From the NCBI GenBank assembly GCA_963977015.1, contig CAXBMO010000008.1, positions 186,329 to 250,328 of the forward strand: a stretch of 64,000 nucleotides of DNA, written 5' to 3'. Position numbers and translations under genes: made by a program. Within the stretch, counting starts at the first letter, position 1. Every line of letters starts with the position of its first letter. The notes beneath the pieces are model-generated. The model was not told the origin of the DNA and ran no database searches. It worked only from the letters and a program-made list of their open reading frames with translations. Positions 29,920-41,200 of the stretch are shown one piece after another. The stretch comes from an uncultured bacterium. Its GTDB lineage: Bacteria; Verrucomicrobiota; Verrucomicrobiia; Verrucomicrobiales; DEV007.

Positions 29920-31305
29920 TTACCAACCCCCAGGTTGCGGCGTCGCGCCAGCCTGGGTTTCCGAATACCATGTTTTGAGTTGTTCCGCCATCAGGGCCGT
30001 TCGTTTTGGTTCCTGGCCAACGAGGTTCATGGACTCCTTGGGATCAGTTCCCAAATGATAGAGCTCCAGCGTCTCGTTTTCGAAAGTTCCCGGCTTCGCC
30101 TTGGGATGTTTGACGATCAACTTCCACGGGCCATCGCGCATGGCTTCAGAACGCGCTCCATTGTTGGAAAGCGACGCCCAGAAGAGAGGGCGCGGTTTGA
30201 GTTTCCCCTGGTTTCGAAGAACGGTCGCCAAATCGACTCCGTCGAGGGCCGGTTTGGAAGCTTGAATTCCGGCAAGGGAAAGGAGTGTGGGCATCACATC
30301 GAGGGAGATGATGGTTTCATTGGAGATGGAACCCGCTGGGATGGTCCCTGGCCACCACGCGATGGCTGGAACCTTGTGGCCGCCCTCGTAGACCGAGCCT
30401 TTGGAGCCGCGCAATTCGGGACTGCCGCTGGGGAAATCTCCGGCCGCTCCATTATCGGAAAAGAAAAGCACAAGCGTGTTCTTCTCAATCCCGAGCTCGA
30501 TCAGCGCATTTCGCAACTGACCAACCCCCTCGTCAACCGGCAGCGTCATTCCCCGATACTTCTCGATTCGTTCTTCGGCACTGACCTCACGCCATTTCCA
30601 GCGTTCCCAATGGTCCTCAGTTCGCCGCACCGGATCGCCGGGAACCTGAACGGGATTGTGAATTGCTTCGTGGGCGATGTACAAACAGAAAGGCTCGTTG
30701 GTTTGGCCATGGCGCTTCACGAAATCGAGCGCGTATTGATTGATGAGGTGAGTTGAGTAGCCTTCCTTCTCGGTTTCCTCTCGGCCGTGCCACCAATCGT
30801 GCTGGTAGTGATCGCCGACATGGCTGATAAAATCGATATTGCCGCTGTGATACCCGACGAACTCATCAAAGCCGTGATTTTGAGGGTGAAAGTCATCGGA
30901 GTTTTGAGGATAGCCCTGGTGCCATTTACCGATTAAGCCGGTCTGGTATCCTGCCGTTTGAAGACGTTCGGCGAAGGTCGTTTCCTGAAGCTGAAGACCC
31001 TTGCGATGCTCGGGATGATCCGAGACCGGATGGATCACCGCTTCGATTCCGGCCCGTTGTTGATAGCGTCCCGTGAGGAGCCCGGTGCGGGTCGGCGAGC
31101 AAACGGTTCCGGAGCTGTGAAAGTCCGTCAGCTTCATTCCTTCGCTGGCGAGCCGGTCCAACTCTGGAGTCTTGAAATAGGGATTCCCAAAACAGCTCAG
31201 CCCGGAATAGCCCATGTCATCGACCATGATGACGATGAAATTGGGGCGTTCAGCCGCAAGCGAAAGAAGCGGCAGAGCAAGGACAAAGGAAAGGAGGGGT
31301 TTCAT
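29920..31305 (-). CDS. Formylglycine-dependent sulfatase (S1), secreted
   Basis: Signal peptide; PNFIVIMVDDMG, CSPTR.GLLTG, GKWHQG, FSDNG, GSKGSVYEGG. Confidence 0.95.
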   Translation of the reverse strand: MKPLLSFVLALPLLSLAAERPNFIVIMVDDMGYSGLSCFGNPYFKTPELDRLASEGMKLTDFHSSGTVCSPTRTGLLTGRYQQRAGIEAVIHPVSDHPEHRKGLQLQETTFAERLQTAGYQTGLIGKWHQGYPQNSDDFHPQNHGFDEFVGYHSGNIDFISHVGDHYQHDWWHGREETEKEGYSTHLINQYALDFVKRHGQTNEPFCLYIAHEAIHNPVQVPGDPVRRTEDHWERWKWREVSAEERIEKYRGMTLPVDEGVGQLRNALIELGIEKNTLVLFFSDNGAAGDFPSGSPELRGSKGSVYEGGHKVPAIAWWPGTIPAGSISNETIISLDVMPTLLSLAGIQASKPALDGVDLATVLRNQGKLKPRPLFWASLSNNGARSEAMRDGPWKLIVKHPKAKPGTFENETLELYHLGTDPKESMNLVGQEPKRTALMAEQLKTWYSETQAGATPQPGGW

Positions 31306-31405
31306 GCGAGGTTACCAACCGGCTTCATGATCAAAAATCAATTGGTCGAATTGACGAAGAAGCGATGGGGTCGGTCAGAACCTGTTGGTAGGAGTTTCTC
31401 GAGGG

Positions 31406-32197
31406 CTACCTGAAGAGCCGGGTGAAGTTCGTTTCCATCTCATCAGCCAAACTTCGTAGGGAGAGTTTCAGAAGGGACGCCACGCTTTCGTAAACCGTGA
31501 CGAGGTTCCCGGGATCGTTGATGCGTTTCCCGGATTTGAGATCATTCCGTCCGAATTGGTCGAGGTCTTCAGGGAGGTATTGGTCTGGAGCGTCCGTTTC
31601 GATCAGCAGGCGGTGAAGAGGCACGTGCTTGAAGATCTCTCGAGTTTTGGCTTTGCGAGGGTGGAGGAAGTAGCCGCTGAAGGAAAAATAGGCGCCGAGA
31701 TCGACAAAGGCATCGATCATCTCCGCGGAACCACCGTAGGAATGAAGGAGGAACCCCCGGTCGGGGAGGGGATGGGCTTGGAGAAGTTCAAGCATTCGGC
31801 CCCAGGCGCGAAGGCAATGAATGGAAACCGGTCGATTCTGCTGCGCGGCGAGCTCGAGTTGGGCGAGAAAGACGTCTTCCTGGGTTGGTGTGTCGTAGTT
31901 CTCGATCCAGCGGTCGAGCCCAATCTCGCCAATCCCGGCTTGGGGATGAGAATCCAGAAGTTCCTGGAGTTTGGTCAGCCAGTTGGAAGACCGGTTATCG
32001 ACATGCCAGGGATGAAGTCCAAAGCTGGGCATGACTTCGGGCACCTCTTCAGCTAACCGGGAGACATCAGCCCAATCGGCTTCCCGGGTTCCGTTGACGA
32101 CCCAGCCACCAATGCCGAGATCCCGGAGAGCATCGAAATCGAGACGATTGCCGAAACGCGAATCCTGGAGATGGCAATGTGCGTCCAGGAACTTCAT
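31406..32197 (-). CDS. tatD: TatD-family deoxyribonuclease
   Basis: DAHCH, GLHPW, GEIGLD, SIHC, LHSY, ETDAPD. Confidence 0.9.
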   Translation of the reverse strand: MKFLDAHCHLQDSRFGNRLDFDALRDLGIGGWVVNGTREADWADVSRLAEEVPEVMPSFGLHPWHVDNRSSNWLTKLQELLDSHPQAGIGEIGLDRWIENYDTPTQEDVFLAQLELAAQQNRPVSIHCLRAWGRMLELLQAHPLPDRGFLLHSYGGSAEMIDAFVDLGAYFSFSGYFLHPRKAKTREIFKHVPLHRLLIETDAPDQYLPEDLDQFGRNDLKSGKRINDPGNLVTVYESVASLLKLSLRSLADEMETNFTRLFR

Positions 32198-32229
32198 GCG
32201 TGATCGATTCAGGCACTGGGCCTGTCGTT

Positions 32230-34110
32230 TTAGGCCGCGACCTCGACCAACTTTTCGGCACCCTCATCTCCCTCAACGATGTCAGCTTCAACCCGGAGAT
32301 TCTTGATGATGAACTGTTGGCGTTCCTCGGTGTTTTTCCCCATATAGAACGCGAGTAGATCGCTGATTGTTTTGTTCTGGGGAGGAAGCTCGACCGGATC
32401 GAGGCGAATGTCTTCGTTGATGAAGTCCTTGAACTCCCCGGGGGAAATCTCACCAAGGCCCTTAAATCGGGTGATCTCGGGATTGGGCTTCAACTCGTTA
32501 ATCGCCTGAACCCGCTCTTCGTCGCTATAGCAATAGAGGGTCTTCTTCTTGTTCCGAACCCGGAAGAGCGGTGTCTGTAAGATAAAGAGATGATTATCTC
32601 GAATCAGGTCGGGAAAGAACTGCACAAAAAAGGTAATCAGAAGAAGCCGGATATGCATGCCGTCGACATCGGCATCCGTGGCGATGACAACCTTGTTGTA
32701 ACGGAGATTGTCAATGCCTGCTTCAATATTCAGAGCGTGTTGCAGAAGGTTGAACTCCTCGTTCTCGTAGACGATTTTGCGAGATTTGCCATAGGTGTTG
32801 AGCGGCTTGCCTCGAAGGCTGAACACGGCTTGAAGATCCGCGTTGCGAGCGGTCGTGATCGAGCCACTGGCAGAATCACCCTCTGTGATGAAGACCATGG
32901 TTTCATCGCCAAGCTTGTGCTTGGTATTGTAGTGAACGCGGCAGTCGCGGAGTTTTTTGTTCACCACTTTGGCGGCGCGCGCTCCTTCGCGGGCAGCCTT
33001 TTGAATGCCCTTCATCTCTTTGCGCTCCTTCTCTGACAGCGCGACCTTGGCGAGCAGCTTTTCAGAAGTCTGGGCGTTGCGATGGAGGAAGTTGTCGAGG
33101 TGCTGACCGAGGAAGTTGCTGACGAACGTGCGGATGGTCTGTCCGTCCGGTTCCATGTGAGTTGAACCCAGTTTCGTCTTGGTCTGGGACTCGAAGACCG
33201 GCTCGATGACCCGCAGGCTGACGGCGGCGACGATGCCTTCCCGGATGTCGACGGCGTCGAACGCTTTCTTGGCGTAGTCGCGAACGACTTTGACGATCGA
33301 TTCACGAAATGCGGCGAGATGGGTCCCTCCCTGGGTCGTGTTCTGGCCGTTGACGAAGCTGAAGTAGTCCTCGCCGTGTTGGTCGGAGTGGGCGAAGGCG
33401 ATTTCGATGTCGTCACCCAAAAGGTGGATCACCGGGTAGAGCGGTTTTTGGCTCATGTTCTCGTTCAGCAAGTCGAGCAGGCCGTTTTTGGAGACGAACT
33501 TTTTGCCATTGAACTGGAGCGTGAGTCCTCGGTTGAGATACGAGTAGTTTCGCAGCATCTGCTCCACGAACTCAGGGTTGTAACTGTATTCGCCGAAGAC
33601 ACTGGCGTCGGCCTCGTAAACAATCTCGGTTCCACTTTCCGCCTTGCAGCGTTCGGGGCGCTTCATTTGTTTCACGACTTCACCACCGGTAAATTCGATC
33701 CGATTGGTCTTGTTTTCGCGAAAGGCTTGAATCTGGAAGTCGGAAGAGAGCGCGTTGACGGCTTTGATACCCACTCCATTGAGGCCGACCGACTTTTTGA
33801 AGGCCTTGGAGTCGTATTTGGCACCCGTGTTGATCTTGGCTGCGCAATCCATCAGCTTACCGAGGGGAATGCCGCGTCCATAGTCGCGAATCCGCATCTT
33901 GGGCCCATCAAGCTCGATGTCGATCGTCTTTCCGTATCCCATGACGAACTCATCGATGGAGTTGTCGATCACCTCTTTGAGGAGCACGTAGATGCCGTCA
34001 TCAGGAGACGTGCCATCTCCAAGTTTGCCGATATACATGCCGGGGCGCAGCCGAATGTGTTCGCGCCAGTCCAGCGTTTTAATGTCTTCCTCGCGGTAAT
34101 TTACGGACAT
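32230..34110 (-). CDS. parE: DNA topoisomerase IV subunit B (short GyrB/ParE-type)
   Basis: [62 protein letters not shown]; 626 aa. Confidence 0.88.
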   Translation of the reverse strand: MSVNYREEDIKTLDWREHIRLRPGMYIGKLGDGTSPDDGIYVLLKEVIDNSIDEFVMGYGKTIDIELDGPKMRIRDYGRGIPLGKLMDCAAKINTGAKYDSKAFKKSVGLNGVGIKAVNALSSDFQIQAFRENKTNRIEFTGGEVVKQMKRPERCKAESGTEIVYEADASVFGEYSYNPEFVEQMLRNYSYLNRGLTLQFNGKKFVSKNGLLDLLNENMSQKPLYPVIHLLGDDIEIAFAHSDQHGEDYFSFVNGQNTTQGGTHLAAFRESIVKVVRDYAKKAFDAVDIREGIVAAVSLRVIEPVFESQTKTKLGSTHMEPDGQTIRTFVSNFLGQHLDNFLHRNAQTSEKLLAKVALSEKERKEMKGIQKAAREGARAAKVVNKKLRDCRVHYNTKHKLGDETMVFITEGDSASGSITTARNADLQAVFSLRGKPLNTYGKSRKIVYENEEFNLLQHALNIEAGIDNLRYNKVVIATDADVDGMHIRLLLITFFVQFFPDLIRDNHLFILQTPLFRVRNKKKTLYCYSDEERVQAINELKPNPEITRFKGLGEISPGEFKDFINEDIRLDPVELPPQNKTISDLLAFYMGKNTEERQQFIIKNLRVEADIVEGDEGAEKLVEVAA

Positions 34111-34134
34111 GGATTTTTGGGAGTAAACGAAACG

Positions 34135-34148
34135 TGTTCTCAGTAACA
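34135..34148. promoter_or_regulatory. Possible degenerate LexA (SOS) box upstream of parE
   Basis: TGTTC-TCAG-TAACA, one mismatch to TGTTC-N4-GAACA, about 25 bp upstream of the parE ATG. Confidence 0.35.
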
Positions 34149-34348
34149 GTTAACAAGAGTTAACCGATTTCAACCAAAAGTCCCCAGGGATTTTTGAGGA
34201 GGTCTCGATTTGGCGAGTCATTCGACTTGCGAAATGACTCTAGCAGAATGCCACAGCCTACGCGAGACTTGAAGGGGGTTGACCGCCTTAAAGAGCAGGA
34301 ATTGGGCGATTCGGCAAGGCTTTCCGGAGTTTTCCAGGCTTGAGAAAA

Positions 34349-36685
34349 CTATCGGGTCATCGCGGTCAGCAGATTCTTCGTCGAGGTGATCAGCACCGTG
34401 ATCGGCTTGTTGACTTTCGCGGAATCCTCAACGGGCTGATCCGTTGATTGGATTTGCGAAGACTTTTGCCCTTTCCGGTTCGACTCGGGAATGCCGATGA
34501 AAATGAAGAGCGGGATGAGCAAAATGGCAGCGACCTGTGCGACGAGCGACGTGGTCGAGGCGATCCGACGTCCGAGAGGGGCCGTTGGCGTGTCGGCGCG
34601 ATCGGTTTCCGGTTCCAGTTCCTCCGTCTTTTTGAATGGGATCGTTTTCGGATCCGCTTCGGGGCTCTCTGCGGCAATTTCGTCCGGAAGTTCGAGTTTC
34701 ACTTCAGATGCCTCTTGGGTGGCTTCAGTTTCAGCCTCTCGTTCGGCGGCGGCTGCGAGCATGGCTTCGCCCACGCCAAGGGGCGGTTCATAGCGATAAT
34801 CCATTTCGCCGCGCGCCCAAAGCATTGCGGGCTCTTCGTCAAGAGGTGCAGCCGGGATGATTTCGCCGCTCTCCTCATCAATCAGTTCGCCCTTGTAAAA
34901 GGCACGGCGTTTGATGCCAATCGCGACGGTCTCGGGAACCTCTTTTTCGTCCTCATCAGGATGTGAGGACTTGGCCGACTCCGCATCCGTCACGACCTTG
35001 CCGTTGGGGGCACCGGCCCACAGATAGGAGCTGAACGCGGGCTCTTCCGGAGCGTCTTCAATGCCGGCGGCAAACGCGGCGACCAACTCGGCCGGAGTCT
35101 GGACGGGATCGTTTTCGCGAATTTTGCGACCACAACTCTCGAAAAGGCTGAAGAGACCATCGGAAAGGCTCTCACGGGGAAGTTCGCCGGTTCTGCCGGT
35201 CAGCAGCTCAATCGCGAGCGCGATGAAGCGTTGGTGAAGCAATTCCGGATGGCCTTGCTTGAGATCGACAATGGCGGACTCAATCTCAGATTCCGGCTGA
35301 ATCAGCGCTCGCATCGCGGCGTGGGTCCGCAGCTTGACCACAAACGTGGGCCACATTTCGATACGGCGTTCGAGCAGTTGGCGCAAATCGGCCTGGGTCG
35401 TTCGTTGCTGGAAGCAAACCTGGAAATCGCGGGGGCGCAGTTGGCGGACGTCAATTCCGCATTCCGTGGCCTGGTTGAGCCCGTGAACGACCTGACGCAG
35501 CAAGACCAAGGCTTCGACCGGCTTGAGTCGCCCTTTGATGCGCAGGAGATAGGGAAGCGGGAAACCCGGCCAGTTTTCTTCCGCGAGATAAATGGCGGTA
35601 TTCGACTCCCACCCCTCAAAAACGTCCATCAAATGGGGAAACTGCGCCATATCCGCCTCGTCGAGTTGAGGCGGAATCGGAGTGTAGTGCTGCGAGGAAA
35701 TGATGCGGAAAGGCGGCAAAATCTGCATGCCCACGCGGTCACCGGTGTCGGACTCCACCAAATGGCGGCGGAACGGATCTTTCGGGCCAAACGCGCGTTC
35801 ATCGTCTCGAAATCGCTCGGTCAATTCCGTGGGCAGGGCCGGATCGGGAATCAGATGTCGCTCAAGCGTGGTGCGGGGATAAAACTTGCTGGAGACAACC
35901 AGATGACGTCGCTGGGTCCGAGCCAGAAAACTCCGTTGAACGGATTTGAACGCTTCCTGAAGCGCCTCATCAAGAGCGGAAAGCTTGAGAGGCCCGGAAA
36001 CGGCGCCCGTCAGCAGGTCCTTGATCAGCCGGCGCAGAGCCAGGGGCAGGCCGCTCAGTTTGATTTTCGCACCGGTTTCGCCATCTGCCGGACGTTCCTG
36101 GCCGGTCATCATGGTGAGCAGCGTCCAGGCAAACTCCCGAACCAGACTGGAATCCCCCAAAGACGGATCCGGCTCTTCACAGGCCAACCCAAAATCGACA
36201 ATCTGGATGGTGAGGTTTCCGCCTTCGCCGACCGTCAGCATCGCGTTGTTCAGGCTGATCGAACTGAGAACGCGCTGATAGTTGTTGCTCAACCTGGTCA
36301 GGCGCTCGCTCAGATCGACGGCAAGCCCAAGCGCGGTTTCCACTGGAATGGGGCCCATCCGGCGGACATATTCCGTGATCGGTTCGCCATTGTTGATGTT
36401 GGCGGTGTAAAACAGGCTGCCGTTGAGCGAATCGCCTTTGAGGAGAGATGAGAACCCGGCATTGCCGCGAAGGGCCCGGACCAACCGGAAGCGCTCAAAA
36501 AAGCAGTGGTGCTCGAACGCGGTAAATTTGGTCGGCTTTTGCAGCAGATGCAGCTCAACGAGATTGCGTTTTCCGGTGTCGTAGGCCAGGCAAACTGTTT
36601 CGCCACGAGCTTGATAAAGCTCGATTGGCTTGCCGTTGGAGTCCCGGGAGATCTCGTAACGGCCGAATTTCTCTAAATCTGGCAT
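34349..36685 (-). CDS. Membrane-anchored protein with two degenerate Ser/Thr kinase-like domains
   Basis: FGRYEI, LAYD, GEPI.EYVRR.GP, IVDFGLA; second unit GFPL..LL..KGRL...EAL.LL.QV..GL, LRPRD; acidic linker; C-terminal TM. Confidence 0.7.
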   Translation of the reverse strand: MPDLEKFGRYEISRDSNGKPIELYQARGETVCLAYDTGKRNLVELHLLQKPTKFTAFEHHCFFERFRLVRALRGNAGFSSLLKGDSLNGSLFYTANINNGEPITEYVRRMGPIPVETALGLAVDLSERLTRLSNNYQRVLSSISLNNAMLTVGEGGNLTIQIVDFGLACEEPDPSLGDSSLVREFAWTLLTMMTGQERPADGETGAKIKLSGLPLALRRLIKDLLTGAVSGPLKLSALDEALQEAFKSVQRSFLARTQRRHLVVSSKFYPRTTLERHLIPDPALPTELTERFRDDERAFGPKDPFRRHLVESDTGDRVGMQILPPFRIISSQHYTPIPPQLDEADMAQFPHLMDVFEGWESNTAIYLAEENWPGFPLPYLLRIKGRLKPVEALVLLRQVVHGLNQATECGIDVRQLRPRDFQVCFQQRTTQADLRQLLERRIEMWPTFVVKLRTHAAMRALIQPESEIESAIVDLKQGHPELLHQRFIALAIELLTGRTGELPRESLSDGLFSLFESCGRKIRENDPVQTPAELVAAFAAGIEDAPEEPAFSSYLWAGAPNGKVVTDAESAKSSHPDEDEKEVPETVAIGIKRRAFYKGELIDEESGEIIPAAPLDEEPAMLWARGEMDYRYEPPLGVGEAMLAAAAEREAETEATQEASEVKLELPDEIAAESPEADPKTIPFKKTEELEPETDRADTPTAPLGRRIASTTSLVAQVAAILLIPLFIFIGIPESNRKGQKSSQIQSTDQPVEDSAKVNKPITVLITSTKNLLTAMTR

Positions 36686-36793
36686 GCTGGAAGGCTGCAA
36701 AACTGAAAATTGGCCTCAGTTATGATAATGCCTAATTTTTCCTAAGTATCAACAATTCTTATCTAAAAAATAACAATTATTGATAGAAAATCC

Positions 36794-37612
36794 TTAATCC
36801 ATTTTTTTCACAATAGCAAAAATTGCCGCGAAGCTCGTAGTCGTTTGGATTTCAGGATGAGTTTCCCGGTCGTAAAATTCCGAGATATCGCCATCGAGGT
36901 AGAGAGCGTTGGGGCAGTCCCATTCGAGAAAAAGACGGGCGAAAGTATGAAGATTGATCTGACCTTTTTCGCTCCGCTCGGTCGCCAGGAAAACGATTTT
37001 GCCCTCTCGATTCACCCCAACCCCGTTTCGCAGCAGCCGGCTGGTTGATCCAGCACGAAACGCGGGATGGATCCTGCTCTGATGCAGCAACAACGGGCCG
37101 GATTGGACGCCGAGATGCGGTTTTCGACCGCTTCTCGCGAATTCCTCGGTTTCGAGAACGGCCGGTCCGGTCTCGTCGATGATGAAAACACCATTCGGCT
37201 TGAGGTAAAAGTTGGGCGTGTATTGCCCGGGTTTCAAAGGTGGAACTGGCTTTTGGTTCAGGGGCACCAGCGTCCGGCCGTTTTCGATGTGGAGGCCGGT
37301 TGGAATGAATCCCGGTTCATAGATCCCCGCATTGGTCGCGAAGCGGAGCTGATTACCCTTTTGATTCAAATTCGCCTCGAGTTTGCGAAAGGTCGTGAAG
37401 GGCTGGCCCGTCTCATCTTTCCAGAACAATTTTAACTCTTCTTTTGCCGGATCAACCACATAGACCTGATAACGGATTCCTTCGAATTCCCGCGTTTGCG
37501 CCGTCGTCCTACCAAACACACCGCACATCACGAGCAGAACCGAGACGAGCTGCGAAACGGATCGAGCTAGAGATTTGCGGGAGCACGCTAACAAAAAACG
37601 ATCACAATTCAT
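36794..37612 (-). CDS. Phosphodiester glycosidase (NAGPA/YigE-like) family protein
   Basis: FATNAGIY, P.GL.IENG, NFYLKPNGVF, QSGPLL, RNGVGV, ALYLDG.IS; start codon uncertain. Confidence 0.85.
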   Translation of the reverse strand: MNCDRFLLACSRKSLARSVSQLVSVLLVMCGVFGRTTAQTREFEGIRYQVYVVDPAKEELKLFWKDETGQPFTTFRKLEANLNQKGNQLRFATNAGIYEPGFIPTGLHIENGRTLVPLNQKPVPPLKPGQYTPNFYLKPNGVFIIDETGPAVLETEEFARSGRKPHLGVQSGPLLLHQSRIHPAFRAGSTSRLLRNGVGVNREGKIVFLATERSEKGQINLHTFARLFLEWDCPNALYLDGDISEFYDRETHPEIQTTTSFAAIFAIVKKMD

Positions 37613-37673
37613 GAGCAAGGGGAGCAAATTGTTGTACCTTGCAGGGAAGAATTCCCTGCGAGACAAAAAACCT

Positions 37674-38192
37674 GTGAAGACGGAACGGCGCACATGGCAA
37701 GAATGGCTATCGGAGAACAGCGCAAAGTGGCTCCTGTTTGCTCGTCAACAAACGCGGACTGAGGCTGACGCTGAAGATGTCCTTCAAGATGCTTTACTAA
37801 AAACGTGGAAAACCTGCAATGGTGAAATCCGCGATGAGACCACGAGTCTGGTTTACACCAACATCCGCCGGTGCGCGATCGACCGGGCCCGTTCCAATGA
37901 TCGTCGGGCTGATCGCGAGCAACGCGTGGCCGAAGAGACGCCCCAATCCGAGGATGCGCTTTTCGAGTTCGACATGGACAACAAGGCCTACGCGGAGACG
38001 ATCAGGCAAGCCCTGGAGAAGATTTCGCCGAAATACGCCGAAGTGATCACCCTGAAGATTTGGGGGGAACAGACCTTTGCCCAAATCGCCGAACAGCTTG
38101 GGGATTCCCAAAATACGGTGGCATCCCGCTATCGCTACGGACTCGAAAACCTTCGGCGCTTGTTGGCGGAGCAAAAAGAGCTTGTGGCCTAG
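37674..38192 (+). CDS. ECF-family RNA polymerase sigma factor
   Basis: DAEDVLQDA, IRR.AIDR.R (region 2); EVITLKIWGE.TF.QIA..L..S.NTVASRYRYGL (region 4); probable GTG start at 37674. Confidence 0.9.
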   Translation: MKTERRTWQEWLSENSAKWLLFARQQTRTEADAEDVLQDALLKTWKTCNGEIRDETTSLVYTNIRRCAIDRARSNDRRADREQRVAEETPQSEDALFEFDMDNKAYAETIRQALEKISPKYAEVITLKIWGEQTFAQIAEQLGDSQNTVASRYRYGLENLRRLLAEQKELVA

Positions 38193-38214
38193 AGCATTTG
38201 AAGTGGAGGTGCAG

Positions 38215-41200
38215 TCAATCCAGCAAGGAGATTTCGTCGCCCGCACGGTCGGTTTCTGAACGGAGCAGAATCGAGTAGGAGAAGTTTTTCGGGTCGTGAC
38301 GAATCGTCAGAATTCCTTCGGCCAGTTCGGGCTGGGAGAGTTTCCACCCGGCGGAGTAAACCTCCCGGCTGACGACTCCCAAAACGCGGTTTGGATCGAT
38401 TTTCAGGGCTCCAAGATTGAGGGTCGCCTCAAACGGAGGGCAATCCGGCAGCGGCATCATGACCAATCCGTCCGCGGCCTGCGTCAGGCGAAAGGCTCCA
38501 TTGGTCGTCGTCCATCCAAAATCGATCGGGCGGAGCGAGCTGTTGATCTGTTCGACGGATTCCAGGCCGGCTGGATCGGAAGGAAGGGCTTCGATTCCGG
38601 CCAACTCGCCATTTCCGTCAAAACCGAGCGAAATCTGGCCCAATCGCGCGGAAAAACCGGCATAGCGACCGACGTCCAAAGTCTGGGCCAGCATTTTGAT
38701 CGGTCGACCGTTTGGCGTTCGCGCCGTTAAGGAAACCACGGCGCGGACCCCAGGAATCAAGGTCAGATCCAACGGGACCTCCATTTCTTTCTGACCAATC
38801 CAACTGGAAACCGGTTCGCTGGGTTGGAGAACTTCCTCAGCCCAGATGACTTCCGGGTTTTCCGAATCATGGATCTGCAAAAGCAACTCGGTTTCGGGAG
38901 GGAAGGTTTCCTCACACGTCCATCCCAGCCTGATCAGCGCGTTGCCTTCCGCCACGCTGACGTTTTTCAGGCTCGGTTGAATGTGCAGGGCCGACCAATG
39001 CCGGGGCCTTGCATTCACATACCAGCCGGCGGGGCTGATGCTTTGCTCGCAATACACGCCGTTCCGCAATTCCACGCTCACCTCAGTCTCGCCGGAACTT
39101 AAATAGAAGCCGCCCGGCGCGACTTCGCGGCCCGAAACGCGCCATCCCTCATTGCTGGCATTGATCCAAAGCAGACCGTTTTCGCCCCACAAACAACGCA
39201 TGCGCCGGGGATCATCCTCCAGCCGGGAAACCCGATTCACTGCGGATCCCGCCAACGCTTCGGCCACCGGCTGCATCAACCAGGCTTTTCGAATCATGCT
39301 GTGGCCCCAGGCTTGGTCGTCGGCCATGGGAAGGCTCCCTTCGGTCACTTCGCGGAGCAGGGCTTCGCCGGATCCGGAATCGAGGTCTGCCCCCATTTCG
39401 TAAACCGGGAGTCGGTCGTGGTGCACGATCGAAAACCAGGGAACCCGCTGGGCCGGGCCGGGCAGATCGGAAGCACGAACTTCAAATCCCGTTCCGTCAG
39501 CGGCCCCAACGAGCCAGTCTCCGCCGCCTTTGGCCACCGAAGCGGAGGTGGGGCCGAGGTAACCCTGCACGTAACTGACCGTTTGACGCCAGATTTCCTG
39601 GGAATACGCCTGGTTGTAGCGATTGCCCTCGCGGTCGAAGTAGGGAGAACGACCGGATTCTGAACCATCAATCACGAATAGTGTCGGGGTCAGGTAATAG
39701 CGGATGAGTTTGAGATTGCGGCTGAGGTAGGGCTCAATTTGATCCGGTCTCAGGGCAAAGGTCGGGTTCCCTCCCGGATTGGCGTTCAGCGCAGTTGGCG
39801 AACCATTGGCTTGGAAAGCAACGGATTCGTAGTCGAACTCTTTCGAAAGCGGGTCAATCGCGGCATAGGTGTCTTCGAGTCCGAACAGGATTTCGCATTC
39901 ACGGCAGGTTTTCGCGAGAATCTGCAGGTCGGTCAGGCTGCCCAGGTCGTCATTCGGCGGCCACACATCCGGGCTGCGTTCCATGGGGCCGTGTTGTTGC
40001 CAATTGCGGACCACGAGGGCGGATCGGTTGATGCCATAACGACGCAGTTCTTCCACGCGATCGGCCAAATCGGCAAAGTGGGTTTGGGAACTATCGATCA
40101 CGAACCTGCCGGCAAAGTTGGGAACGCCCGGAGCCGCCTCCCATTCTCCCAGTTCGCGATATTTCGCGGCGGCATCGAACACGCTTTCTTCACTTGGAAT
40201 GAGGTAGAGCCAGCCACTTCCCGGGGCGATGATGCGAGCGAGATTCTGCGACGGAGAAATTTCGATTTGCTCGAGCGGCGACGAACTTGCCTGCATGAGG
40301 CTGATGCCGTTCTCGAAGTCGAAACCGGCATGGCTGGCAGAGAGAAGAGGCGAGTCTTTTCCCAGTGTCCAGTCGCCGGGAGCGTTGAAGTGATATCCCA
40401 ATCCGGCAGTTAGGGTGGTTGGTTTTCGGTTGGCCTTGCCGACCCCGAATCTGGAGACCGGATCCGGCGAAACCGCCCGCAATTTGACCCCGCCTTCCAG
40501 CAAACGCAGTTGGACGACCACCTCGGTTGCAAAGTCGCCAATGCGGAGGCGATGCATCACGTCGATTCCGTTCTCGACCTGAGTCGAGATAAACTCATCA
40601 ACCTGTATCTGAGGTTCCCCGTCAACTCCAACCGGAGTTTCGACGCCGAGGGTGAGTCCCTGGAAACTAAGTTCCTGATTCGGGCCGATGAAGGAGATCA
40701 GCCCGTCGAGGAGCCCGTTTTTTCCGGGAAGCACGAGCACGGCAAACGAATCGAGATCTGCTCCCAACCGGAACGCCTGATGATGATTGAGATCCTTGGT
40801 TTCCCGAATGAAGTCTGCGAGTGTCTTGATGCGTTGCAGTTTCAAAAACGCGTCGACCGGAGATCGGGAACGCCGATCCTGAAATTCAGCCACCTCAGGA
40901 TTCCTTCCTGCCCACGGTTCGGAGTCGGCAAAGTCGGTTTCCAGAAGGGTGGCCGCTCGCTTTCGCAAATCGCGTCCGTTCGACAGATCGACGAAGGAGT
41001 GAATGGGATAGAGGCCGTTGGAGCAGCTGGTGTCAAACGCGACGGAAAAGGCGGTGGTTAGCGATTCGCCGGCTTCCAGCGAAAATTCCTGGGATGGCTC
41101 GGACAGCGGATAAATTCCTCCGGTCGGACCACCGATGACGACCGTTCCTGAAATCGTGTCGGTGCTCAGGTTTTGGATGGTCACCGGAACCACGACCGGT

